A stretch of 64,000 nt of DNA from Carpediemonas membranifera BICM (Eukaryota; Protista; Fornicata). The translations under genes and the position numbers were made by a program. The stretch is taken from the NCBI GenBank assembly GCA_019828565.1, contig JAHDYR010000067.1:807094-871093 (forward strand). Reading direction: 5' to 3'. Positions 42,701 through 52,704 of the stretch are shown one piece after another (within the stretch, counting starts at the first letter, position 1; each line of letters opens with the position of its first letter). The notes beneath the pieces were generated by a model that did no database searches, was not told the origin of the DNA, and saw only the letters and a program-made list of their open reading frames with translations.

Positions 42701-45641
42701 TCCCCTCCCGCCCCTGCCTGACGAGGTGCAGGAGCTCCCCGAGGACGAGGAAACCGACCAAGCCAGCCACAGCGAGGCCAACGACCACAACACGACTGGC
42801 AGTGCCCACAGCCCGACCCAGTCGGACAATTCGGACGAGGACAGCGACGTGCCAACACTGTCGTTCGGCAACATCGCGGGTAGGGGGTCCCCCACCCCAT
42901 TCTCCATGCCCAAGCAGGGACTGGCCTTCATCTCAGCCGAGTCAGTCGAGATTGCCTCGTCTGTGGAGGATGGGCACACGTCCAACTCCGACGTCGACCG
43001 GCTAACACCCTACGATGACGCCATGGCCGTCGAGGACCACCTCCTGCACGGCGATGACGGCGATGTTGACGTGGAGCAGGCTGAGCATACGCTACGCAGG
43101 GCAAAGGTGTACCACTCGTCGCTCTACAGCATCACCCGCCTCATCTACTGGGGCACGGTCCTGTTCCTAGCCATGGCCGCGGCCATCGCATTCGGGGTGG
43201 TGGTCTCGTTCGCATACGACGCTGTCGAGATCCCGATCATCATTGACGCGTTCAACGACCTTGATGCGACCCAGCGCCTCATCACTGACCTCAAATCAGC
43301 TGACTCGACCCAGACGATCTCAGCCGTCGAGTTCATCCAGAGAGGCACGGTTGACGCGTATGAGCGCTACTGGGAGGTCCCCGATAGTCGGACGAAGCTC
43401 GACCTCCTCAATACCCTCGCCGAGTTCGATCTCAGCGTGGAGGACGCCACCCTTGTCGCTGAGGCATGGGATCTGTCGGATCAGATCGCATATCGCGACC
43501 ACGTGGAGATGAAGATGCGGTGGATGACGCTTGACCTGCCTGACGCCGTGGGGTGCCAGATCATGGACCTCGACTACAACTACAGCGCCGAGACGTGGCA
43601 TGACGCCGAGCAGGCCGTCTATGGCGACTACCGCGCGAGCTCCGGCTTCTACTCCACGAACGAAGCTGACTCTGCCATGAACGCCACCGCCCTCGAGACG
43701 AGCGCTCGGGCGGTGTCCATGGACGACCAGTACTGGAGGCGAAAGGATCAGGCGGTGGACAACCTGAACGAGGTGCGGAACACGCTGCTGACCCGCATCG
43801 ACAACGAGGCGACGGAACTCAGCGACATCCTCGACACCGTCTTCACTGTTCGTATCATCGCCACGGCTGTGTTCGTCGCACTGAGCGTCATTGTGCTTTT
43901 CGACATCCTCGTGCTCATCATCCTGAAGCACAGACTCAAGCGGCTGGCCGACCGCATCGATCAGATCCGACACAGACTCATCGACTCCAAGGCGAACCAC
44001 CACGACGAGCGCAAGACGACCAAGCGCTCCGTCCTAATCATCCAGGGCGTCCTGCTCGTCGGCCTCACTCTAGTGTCGTTTACTTGCATCGCCATCGCCG
44101 TCTATTCGACCTTCTACCAACACAGTCAGAAGACGACTCTCAGAGACAAGCTGCTCGAGAAGTCTGACATCAGCACACACGTCTACGATGTCCTTGACGA
44201 CTGGACGGACTACAAGCAGCTCTCGCGCCGCTACACCCAGAGACCGCTGTCTAACATCCTCACGGGCATCGAGACGGCTTACACCGCTCTCGAGGCATCT
44301 GTTGCCCTTATGCAGGAGCATCTCGGAGAGTATGACATCCAGCCGGACACCCTGGCTGTGTTCAATGACAACATTGACCAGAACAACCACACGCTCATGG
44401 TCGCCATCGAGCTCATGCTGTGGGCCCAGGACATCCCAGTGACGGTGGCCACGGAGTTCCAGGATTACGAGTACGACATCACCGCCGAGAGCACGTACGA
44501 GTTCGACCAGATGCACTACACAAGACAGTATCTGTACAACAACAGCGTCGTCGACCGAACCCTCACGGCCGACGAGCAGATCAAAATCGCACGGGAGATC
44601 CTCTTCGACGACAAGTTCCACGAGAACGTCGTTACCTTCGAGGAGACGCTCTTCGTATACGAAGAGGACGCTCATGGCACAGTCGAAATAGTCATTGACT
44701 CTGCCGCTTCGTCCATGACCCAGATGGAGATCATCGTCGTGGTGTGCTTCGCCGTCATCTTCGTCTGCATGCTCATCCAGTTCCTCCTCCTCCTGACTCT
44801 CGTCCCCACCCCCGCCAGGAAGCTCTCGGTCATCCGCCAGCGGGTCAGCGCGAAGGCCACGCAGAGGTTCTACCGCATGGCCGCGGCGACCCTGGCGGCC
44901 CTGGGCATCATCTTCCTCATCCTGACCCTGTACAGCGAGCTGTGGTTCGTAGTCAGCACGCAGGTCGACATCCTCGACACTTCTGCGTCCAGAGCTGTGC
45001 GCTTTATCGGCGTGGCAGCCGAGGGAATATTCACAGCTTTCGACAAGGCCGACGCGAAGCAGAGGTACAACGCCGCCGTCAGCAACCTCGCCGTGATGGA
45101 GGACCGCCACGCCATCATCACGTCGGAGTCTAACCCCTTCGTCACTGGCCTCAACCTCTTCCTCGGCGACGAGTACTCCCTCGGCACTGCCATTACATGC
45201 CCCAGCTGCTCAGTCCTCACCGACGAGTCATACTCGCAGGCGATCTCGATGTTTATCGACGCCATACCCGAGCTGAACCCCGACAACGGCTTCGGCACGT
45301 GTCTCGCGGTCGACGGCATCAACAGTCAAGCGCTGAAGGCCATCATCGAGATCGAGCAGCAGGTGACGCCGGTTTTCCTCGGCACATTCAAGGACTACGC
45401 CAGAACCATTTCCACGGCGATGCTGGCCTACCGCCTGATCAACGTGCCGCTGTACATCTTCGCCATCGGCTTCCTCCTGCTTTCATACCGGCTTGTGTTC
45501 CAGAAGATCTTTACCGCGCTCAGCCGTGACGAGAGCATCGTGCTGAGTCTGCTTGTCATGATCCCGAAGGAACACGTCGCGAACAACATGATGCTCGCCA
45601 CCTTCCTCGCCGAGAACGCCATCTCTGATAACTCTAATTAA
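39783..45641 (+). CDS. TmcB/TmcC-like large multi-pass membrane protein
   Basis: N-terminal TM bundle; FW..L and LY..LI..FP...I..YA.F...V..D motif; further TM clusters; C-terminal LL..IP motif. True start uncertain. Confidence 0.75.
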   Translation: MGTAAPSQASTSASRHIGWLAPLHLGSVGYKSTYALASIRLSAPPFPIISIITMLVQALQLSALCMSYSDSLFFKVPRLFLPSTTSLFDDTNATSSQIILVGVMVYIAVLVGWVFLETVVARSIHISFRYRILSTLIMLTTGVLLLPLVETLAMPFIMTDSTGSDMSGLVQAVTPLSISHLIYMATALAAFIVLTGLAVLSKLIMFSGPYSDSSTLSINIPSLIVPAQPVLLMTVGLLGASRTFGLDSVHPILSALFICSIAIVYSVIVSVFPTHANAIPWAIGVYTFVAVIPVSLMSALHPTMFWVAPVVSVPLTLAVVVGRLFVLYTRITPSLIRVKDVSNGMSNVRNDSEDEVSLPRFITLSDFSLWLWFTVAVHKLFDAQIRRTADRREMLSTATIDDKTSARRRELIGRLQTLVSYACAEAFTNGRSRLTIVQYALTVSANYEAAIFEATRLPTMVERDILKGLSPITVVMLIGLHTDADRIRRKQDSGLNAEALAELNAKQKKAKEEAINARRAINSFWRALAIPKPDVNELLAISQEIHKHSTTADKLYIQLIKAFPERDNIIHAYADFVAVVQQDPEYGAQIQAAADEIANNRMMSDSSSASSSRSGSVSSGTSRAVENDILTILRTKRIRTTSNSVSRLRSAVLVLLCVITAIFVIVGGVFQVRMFVMSALIDALTASGNMDFNSAEATYLALLADCEDSYPGSFTFGDMNTVELIHARLTSSLDDLISSTEDLDASVSDIITATLFPSIFSSAREPSFIARHYRATNPATTESVYTSIIDMASSLEVSFKRVLKDNTLSTDIDFVSTNGLESLRNGINILQADILESTDLAQYVGLGIDAVALAVVVLVLLGLQFFLLRRAFNTVTLHQAENINVFLHIDRDVVDEMVTATNVAKRDRKRKTKKTAKRAIHFDVANEPEDDEHSHITDARDLARMDVGHSVSQVSIENDDTDNEDAGSEFENTPLPPLPDEVQELPEDEETDQASHSEANDHNTTGSAHSPTQSDNSDEDSDVPTLSFGNIAGRGSPTPFSMPKQGLAFISAESVEIASSVEDGHTSNSDVDRLTPYDDAMAVEDHLLHGDDGDVDVEQAEHTLRRAKVYHSSLYSITRLIYWGTVLFLAMAAAIAFGVVVSFAYDAVEIPIIIDAFNDLDATQRLITDLKSADSTQTISAVEFIQRGTVDAYERYWEVPDSRTKLDLLNTLAEFDLSVEDATLVAEAWDLSDQIAYRDHVEMKMRWMTLDLPDAVGCQIMDLDYNYSAETWHDAEQAVYGDYRASSGFYSTNEADSAMNATALETSARAVSMDDQYWRRKDQAVDNLNEVRNTLLTRIDNEATELSDILDTVFTVRIIATAVFVALSVIVLFDILVLIILKHRLKRLADRIDQIRHRLIDSKANHHDERKTTKRSVLIIQGVLLVGLTLVSFTCIAIAVYSTFYQHSQKTTLRDKLLEKSDISTHVYDVLDDWTDYKQLSRRYTQRPLSNILTGIETAYTALEASVALMQEHLGEYDIQPDTLAVFNDNIDQNNHTLMVAIELMLWAQDIPVTVATEFQDYEYDITAESTYEFDQMHYTRQYLYNNSVVDRTLTADEQIKIAREILFDDKFHENVVTFEETLFVYEEDAHGTVEIVIDSAASSMTQMEIIVVVCFAVIFVCMLIQFLLLLTLVPTPARKLSVIRQRVSAKATQRFYRMAAATLAALGIIFLILTLYSELWFVVSTQVDILDTSASRAVRFIGVAAEGIFTAFDKADAKQRYNAAVSNLAVMEDRHAIITSESNPFVTGLNLFLGDEYSLGTAITCPSCSVLTDESYSQAISMFIDAIPELNPDNGFGTCLAVDGINSQALKAIIEIEQQVTPVFLGTFKDYARTISTAMLAYRLINVPLYIFAIGFLLLSYRLVFQKIFTALSRDESIVLSLLVMIPKEHVANNMMLATFLAENAISDNSN

Positions 45642-45734
45642 ATTCTGCCTTTTATTGCTCTGGCAAGGCACTTTTTTAATTTAAGGGCAATAATTAAACC
45701 AACAGGGCAAGGAGCCATCATTCGATCGCTTTTC

Positions 45735-47536
45735 TCACTCGGTCTGGCCAGTGAACACCCCTCCGGCGATCAGCACATCACTGTACGTGAACCGTGTCGC
45801 CAGTAGAGGCTGCTTGGTAGGATAGACGCTCAGATGCAGCTCAGGCACGCTGTTGGTGCTGAACGGCAGAGCTGGGGCCGTCTCCTCGTCCTCGGGTTCA
45901 TACTGCGGGAAACTGGCCGTGCAGGGCACCCTGGCGAGTGATCTGAGTGTGGTCATATCCCACAGGCGGACACCGTCGACCGCAACGGTTGACAACAGCG
46001 TGCCGGAGCGGGAGAAGTCGAGATCCTTCACAGCTGCCGTGTGACCGTTGAGTGTGGCAAGTAAACGCCCCATCCGTGTGTCCCAGATCATAACAAGACC
46101 GTTCATGTCAGCGGTCGCCAGCACGCGGCCGTCTGGGCTTGCCCTGACCTTCACGGCGGCCTCTGTGTGCGGGGAGAGGGTGTAGAGGTGGCAGCTGTTG
46201 GACCCGACCCTCGTGTCAAACATGCGGGCCGTGGCGTCGGCCCCCGCGGTGACCACGATGTCGCCTGAGGTGTGGATGGTGGCGTCGTTGACGTCGGACA
46301 GATGCCCTGTGAAATGCATGCACGGGGCGGCGCGCTCGCAGTTCCAGAGCGTCGCGGTGCCGTTGTGGGAGCCGGTGACGTAGTAGAGACCGTACGGGGA
46401 CCAGCTGACAGACCACACGGGGCACTTACACCCCTCCCGCCGCGCCACCTGGCCCCGGAACCCCGAAGATCCCGCCAGCCACATGCGGACTGCCCCCTCG
46501 GCGTCGCTAGAGAGCAGCAGGGCGTTGTCTGCACTGAGGGAGAGGCTCGTGACCATGCTGCTGTGCCCGACGAGCGTGTACCTGTTGGCCGAGGGCGCGG
46601 CGTCCCTCGGGTGGTTCAGATCCCACACGGAGATCACTCCCCGCCTCGACCCGACCATAGCAAGGTCGCCGAACCTCGAGATCGTCATCGACGAGGTCGG
46701 ACCGACGTTTAGGGCCGTGAACTGGCATATCGAGGGCAGGCTGTTGGCGCTGACATGGTCTGCATGGTTCACCATCGCCAGAATCCTCTCCTGCACCGCC
46801 ATGGGCATTCTGACCCTGGGCATGTCGGGAGCACGGAACTCGTGCCGCCGTCTGGGGGGCTGGAGGGCCTTCGTGTCGTCCTCCTCCTCCTCCTCCTCTG
46901 CCTCCTCTGTGAGCACCTCCTCCATCTTTTCAGCGCATGTTACGAAGTGTTCTGGGTTCGAGACCCAGCGGTGGTCGTCCTTCAGGGTGGGGTGCACCGT
47001 GTCCCTCGAGTCCTCGTCGACCGTGGGCAGCTCCACGCTTAGACGGCCCCAGCCCCGCTGTGAGCGGCCTAGCTGTGTTGTAGTCTGCTTGGTCATCTTG
47101 ATGCTCACTGTTTCGTTCACAACCTCACGGAACGCAGGCTCCATCGCCGACAGCTTCTGCTCGAGGAGCTCCCGGACTGGCGCGCCCATGCGAACACGAT
47201 ACTTGTACTTGATCCACTTGTATATGAGGTCGTCGCGCTTGTCGTAGGGCGCTGTGGAGAGCTGCTCGTGGGTCAAGGCGCGGAATCGGGCAATTTCGTC
47301 ATCGGAAAGCGTGAAGAAGGAGTGCTGGGTGCCTATATCGTTGAAGAACTGCTTGGCTTGATCAATCTTTCGATCTGAGACGAGATGGAGATATGTGCGG
47401 ATGAAAAGCGGGAAAAGCAGCTCGGACAGCTCCTGGATGAGAAAAGCGGGATAAAACGAACAATCTTGTTGAACTCGAGTGAATTGTCCACCCATTCCGA
47501 GAATTGAATGAACTGTCCAACGATCACTGACGACAT
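45735..47536 (-). CDS. TAF5: TFIID subunit 5 (NTD2 + WD40), intron 47433-47461
   Basis: Spliced WVDNSLEFNKIELSELLFPLF matches NTD2; LPSIC, PVW.VSWSP.G.Y..TGS, F.GHLSDV, YPTK.P. Confidence 0.92.
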
Positions 47537-47701
47537 CGTTGCTCGCTTGCACAAAACTGCGGTTTTATACCCGTTTACTCCTATCTGTGCGAACACATAA
47601 GCCCCTTCCCTTTTGTGTGGGTGGCGGCCCTCGTGCCAGGACCAGTGATGAGTGTTGCCCTGTTCGATCATCAATAAATGATGCCTCGCAGCAGTTGACC
47701 A

Positions 47702-49447
47702 CTATATGAGAATGGTGCTAGCCCGCAAACCGTCAGCAGCCTTCTCTGCCGCCAACACCGGGTCGACCTCTATTAGTGTCGAACAGTACTCCCAATCGCC
47801 TAAGTCATCGACCACAGGGTACCCAAGCTGCATCCACCGATCTGGACCATCGCCGCGCTTCTCTCTGATTAGGTACGACGACCCCCGTTTCAGCTGGTAA
47901 ATGTCATTGGGGTCAACCCCGGGAAGAGTCAGGGCGCCGTTCTCGGCCGTGCTGCTAATAAATGACATACCAGGGGAGTCCTCCCAGACAAAGAAAGCAA
48001 ACCCGCTGATGCCGTCAATCGTTAGTACTCTCGCGATGGGGTGGTCGAGGACGAAGTGCTTCATATGACCAGTAGGGCGAACGAAAGGCTCAAGGAGACC
48101 AAAGTCGTCTACCCCACAGAAGACGAAGTTGCCGTGGTATCCGTTATAATAAATAACGAAGTCTGGGTCGGTGTATATTATTCTAGTGACCGCAAAGGGG
48201 AGCTCGAAGAACCCCACGACACTCTCCTCGTGCACAGTGCCGAGCCTTCCACTGGTATTCTCCCCAGCAATCATTTGCTGGACCCGACCTTTCCTGTCAT
48301 CTGTTAGTATGACGATTGCACTAAGCGCCTCGACCTGAGTTGGTCTGAAGTCAGGCGGCAGGTCCACACGCCTGAGGACATCTGTGCAATGGTCGCCGTC
48401 GAAGAAGTAACGCCGGTCAGCTGATCTTACTCCAAGGAAAACACCCTCGTCCAGGACAACGACAGTCACACGGTCGGTGATGACGTGGTCGAGCACAAGT
48501 TTGTGCCGCGTGTGGTGGCTGGCCAGCATATACGGCGACGTCTGCCTGTCCTCGATGTCCAGCTGGACCCTTGCTGGGAGATCGACCAGACCCGCGCCCC
48601 CCACGCCATGGAAGGTGTCACTATTTGCCCCTAGGATGAAGGGGCCGTCGTTAGTCATCACCATCACATCCCCCTTGAACCCAACGATATAGCGGACCGA
48701 TGGCATTCGTCTGATAGCACCGTTGGTGGCCATGTCCGCACAGCGAGAGATCCTGCGGTATGTCACGGTTGGCTTAGGAGTGTCCTCGCCCATCATGAAG
48801 AACTGGGGCGACGCCACACCGAGCAGGGCGCTACCAGGAGGCCCTTTTGAGAACAGACGGCCAAAGTAAAGTCTATAGTGGACTGTGCCAAGGCTGTCCT
48901 GGATGCTCTGGACCATGCCATCAGACTCGGAGACACGGTGGACGAATAGAAACTTCCGGCAGAGAAACCAGACTACTTTCTTCGCCTGAGAGTCCTCGGG
49001 GGGCTCGTCATTGTCAGTGGTTGCTTCATGGTCATAAAGGTCTGGATTGGCACCCAAAGCCATGCATATCGCCCATATGTTCCCCTGGTGGAGCGTGTAG
49101 ATGCAGTCCGGCAGGTCCTCTGGGTTGCCGAGAACTATGTTCATGCTCAGTCGAGGGCCCTTGGTGAGGATCGCCACGGCCTGGCGGAAAAGGACAGATG
49201 CGGTAGAATTAGTCATATGCAGCCCTTCTAATGAGGAGAGAAGGTCTTCTAACTCGATTGTGTTATCGATACCCCCTTCTGACGGTGGAATGGACGCTGA
49301 GTACTCCTCTCTGAACGCAGCAGCAAGTAACGACGGAATATCGCCAGGAATCCTTTGTGTAAGCGATACAGCAAGGGAGTGAGCAGCAATTAGGACTGAT
49401 CTGGCATCTTTCATCTCAGTTATGGTTGGAAGCCACTGTTCAATCAC
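47702..49447 (-). CDS. Hypothetical protein with degenerate RCC1-like beta repeats
   Basis: 581-aa ORF; GENTSGRLG and ELPFAV resemble repeats of 37248-39153. Confidence 0.6.
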   Translation of the reverse strand: MIEQWLPTITEMKDARSVLIAAHSLAVSLTQRIPGDIPSLLAAAFREEYSASIPPSEGGIDNTIELEDLLSSLEGLHMTNSTASVLFRQAVAILTKGPRLSMNIVLGNPEDLPDCIYTLHQGNIWAICMALGANPDLYDHEATTDNDEPPEDSQAKKVVWFLCRKFLFVHRVSESDGMVQSIQDSLGTVHYRLYFGRLFSKGPPGSALLGVASPQFFMMGEDTPKPTVTYRRISRCADMATNGAIRRMPSVRYIVGFKGDVMVMTNDGPFILGANSDTFHGVGGAGLVDLPARVQLDIEDRQTSPYMLASHHTRHKLVLDHVITDRVTVVVLDEGVFLGVRSADRRYFFDGDHCTDVLRRVDLPPDFRPTQVEALSAIVILTDDRKGRVQQMIAGENTSGRLGTVHEESVVGFFELPFAVTRIIYTDPDFVIYYNGYHGNFVFCGVDDFGLLEPFVRPTGHMKHFVLDHPIARVLTIDGISGFAFFVWEDSPGMSFISSTAENGALTLPGVDPNDIYQLKRGSSYLIREKRGDGPDRWMQLGYPVVDDLGDWEYCSTLIEVDPVLAAEKAADGLRASTILI

Positions 49448-50217
49448 AAGAGCCAGAACCCCGTGGACAGCCCCACAGGCCCTTGATACACCTCCAGTTC
49501 CCTATCAGCGCTGCTTATGGCCATTCTCGACTATTATCTTGGCTGCGGGCAGTGGTGTGGCTGGGTTCCTTCCGGTTGTCCGGCAAATCACCGCTGACTC
49601 TGCCCCAGTCACTATGATCTGGTCGATCCGGTCCATAGCCGGGGCCCCGTACGTGGACGAACTATTCGCCATCGCCCAGCCCATGTTCAAGCTCATCCTC
49701 ACTGTATCCCGGCCAGACCTCGAGGCTATACTGAACCCGCCCCTGCTGAGGCGACTGTCACACGGTCGACTGGACCATCACAGCATGAAGGCGGCTGTGA
49801 AGCACAGCGGGCCTGGGTCAGTCGTTCATGTGTGTGTGATGGACGATTATCTCAAGTCGGCGGGGAAGCTCGCGAGGCAGGCTGGGATCACGAGATGGAA
49901 GGTCAATTTGATTAAGTAAACCGAATGTATGCAAGTCGGTTCATCGGCCTGTTGGAGGGCAGCATTGGGCCTTTTCGATTTACGTATTTATCCAGTTTTT
50001 GTGTATAATGTGTTGTCAAGGTCCCGTCCCGTCCAATGCCAAGACATGGGACTGGCCCGGACCCTGTGGGGATCCATAGACTCGAGACTGACGCTCGACC
50101 CTTGCGGATTGCAGTTTCAAATCCTCGACCCAGTTGACGGTATGGCGCGCCAGTGTCTGGAACACCTCGGCGTAATCCTTGTCGTAGCACGAGTCCCAGC
50201 CCTTCTGGGCAAGAACC

Positions 50218-50800
50218 ATGGCGGAAGCCGCAGCGAAACGCCTTACGTCGATGTTTGACTTCCATTATTACGGTAATGTGGACGATACGTACTTTGCTGA
50301 GACGAAGAACTCGAAGAAGTTCAACTACCTCATCGTGCCGATAGTGAATTCCACCGGTATGGGCAAGTCCCGCGTCCTGAGCGAGGTGAGGACGAAGATC
50401 GCCGAAGACACGACGATTAAGACGGCCTACGTGGCATTCAGACGCGAGGGCAAGGATGGAAGGCCTGCAACCATCTATCCAACTTCCGATGAGGATTTGG
50501 CTAAGTATGCTGAGTCTGTCAACAAGTTGCTCACGGAGCCCATGGAGCCGACCCAGCCAGAAGAGATTCTCTATGACACCCTTACCACTTTCGTAGAAGA
50601 TATCGTGAAGGCGAAGTTTAAGGGAATCGAACCGCGCAGGTGTGAGGAGTTCGACTTGTTGACTGAGACATTCGACACGTTCGATAAGAAGCTCTTCCTC
50701 GTGCTCGATGAGTGCGGCCTGTTCCTCAACCGGCAGACAGACGCTGGAGTTTCTGCCTACCGCGTCCTCCGGCACGCGATTCACTACACTACACGCACAT
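50218..50800 (+). pseudogene. P-loop NTPase gene interrupted by the Gypsy cluster
   Basis: Walker A NSTGMGKSR, Walker B LFLVLDE. The ORF tail runs into the element C LTR/PPT. Confidence 0.65.
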
Positions 50801-50813
50801 TCGGAGTCAAGAT

Positions 50814-52640
50814 TGAGAAGAGAATTCGTTTACTTGGGGAAATCCGCATAGTTGACCAAAGGTCAATCGGGGTCAAACCCACGTCACTACCCCCTTCGAC
50901 GAGAAAAACCCACCTACTGAAGGAAGGGAAAGAAGGTACTTAGTACTTGTCGAGGGACTTACGAGCTTTGCGTGCCTTACGCTTGATGATCTCGAGGTGC
51001 TTTATGGCACCGAGAGGCTCGTCGGTCACTTCATCGTAGCCTAGCCACTTGACCCGGGCTGAACCCTTTTTCCAGTCAATAGATACTATATCTTCGACTC
51101 TGTACTGCTCCTGATCCGACTCAGCTAGCTGCCTCATAAGGTCTTCGCTAATATCAGTCTCGAACTTCATCAGCTTGTCAATATGAGTAGCCTTGAGCCG
51201 GTTATCGCTCAGCGACATGAGCTTAGCTCTGTTGCTAGGGAGTACCTCTACCACCTTCCACGGACCAGTGTGGGGTGTGTCGAGTTTTTGTGGAGCTTCG
51301 TTCTTCCAAAGAACGTAGTTCCCTGGCTCTAAGCCTGTGGTCTCGATCGGGCTCTGGTGAGGCCCTACTGCCTGTTTAGCCGCCTCTTCGAGGTTAGCCA
51401 GGGTGACCTTAAGGTTTTCGTAGAATCCTTTGTAGTCGAAGACGCCTAGCGTCTCTTCAGACCACAAAGCACTGTCCATTATGTTGTGTGGGTGGCCATA
51501 GACCAGCTCGTGGGGGGTAAATCCCGTGGCCGCCTGCAGTGTACCGTTGATTATCATCCGTACTGTTGGGAGCAGGGTCGACCAGTCGTCCCTAGGAGCG
51601 ATAGAGAGAGCCATCCACCTTAGGTGTCTTGCTACTTCGGCGTTACGCCTCTCCGCCAGCCCATTGCTTTGTGGGTGGTAAGGTGTCGTGAAGTGACGGC
51701 TGACCCGTAGGGTGTCCGTCAACGCTTTGACTATCTGGTTTGCGTATTCTGGTCCGTTGTCTGACAGGAGCTCCTTAGGTAGCCCGTGCCTCGAGAATAC
51801 GTTGTCCCATAGGGCTTGCGCGACGGTGTCTCCGTCGATGCTCGCTACCGGAATGAGTTCCGTGTATCGCGTGAACATATCCGTCGCTACAATGATGTAG
51901 CGGGCGCCCCTCTGATCCTTCGGAAGAGGTCCCATGGAGTCGACCGCTACGGTCTCCCAGGGTGACGTTCTAGTCGACGACCCAGCCTCAGGCTGCAGAT
52001 AGTTCTTCATCCTTGCCTTAAGGCAGATCGGGCATGTGCGAACAATTCGCTTGCAGTCTTGCAACCTGCCTGGCCAATAGGCCATGGTCCTCAGGCGCTG
52101 GTAAGTAGCGTTTGTTCCACTATGGAACTGATGTGCGACCTTGAGGTACCGCGAGCGAATATCGCCTTCTGGTATGATGGGGACGGCGTCCTTCAAGTAA
52201 ACGCCGTCCACCAGGGTTACTCCGTCGAGTTTCACCCAACCTTCCTTAGTAGACTCGGGCTGCTTGGCCTGGTCATCCCGAACCTCCTCTAAGGATGGTC
52301 CCAGGGTCGCTTCCCCCACATCTAGCAGGTTCGCTTGTTCCTGGTTACCAGAAGGAATATCCCTCGACAGCATATCCGCCATCTTGTTTGACTCACCCGC
52401 AATATGCGTGATGGAGAAATTGTAGTCTGATAGAATCATAACCCATCTGAGCAGCTTCTTTGAAAGTTCCTTTCTCTTCAAGAGATAGACTAAGTTCTGG
52501 TGATCAGTATGAATCTCGATCTCGTCTTTAAGACGGAAAAGCTGTGCCATGTCGGGTCGAGTCAGACAGTAGATGATTGCGTGGATTTCTTGCTCATATG
52601 TGGGCCAACGCGACTGAGCCGGCGTGTGGACACCTGCGAA
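50814..52640 (-). mobile_element. Chromodomain Ty3/Gypsy element C, 3' half (RNase H-integrase-chromodomain; stop at 50940)
   Basis: TDHQNL, N..AD.LSR, H..H/CPIC, DSMGP..SDNGPEY..NG.AER, GPW, VKWLGY. PPT GAAGGGGGTAG at 50887-50897, LTR begins at 50886 (distal end uncertain). Confidence 0.9.
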
Positions 52641-52698
52641 TGTGCTGAAGGTTGAACGTTTACATAAACTGCGGGAGGAGAGCGAGGACCGCGTCACA
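52641..52698 (-). repeat. 58-bp 3' mini-LTR of element A
   Basis: TGTGAC...GCACA. Follows A's reconstituted PPT AGGGGGGCAGGA once element B is removed, and contains A's in-frame stop. Confidence 0.7.
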
Positions 52699-52704
52699 TC
52701 CTGC

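Noticed and set aside
17730-47247. Many long antisense or overlapping ORFs (e.g. 17730-18824, 38248-39570, 44070-45110)
   Set aside because: Shadows of GC3-rich coding strands with no recognisable motifs.
52641-52697. Start of the 585-aa ORF at 52697
   Set aside because: Chance read-through from A's LTR into C's RNase H.
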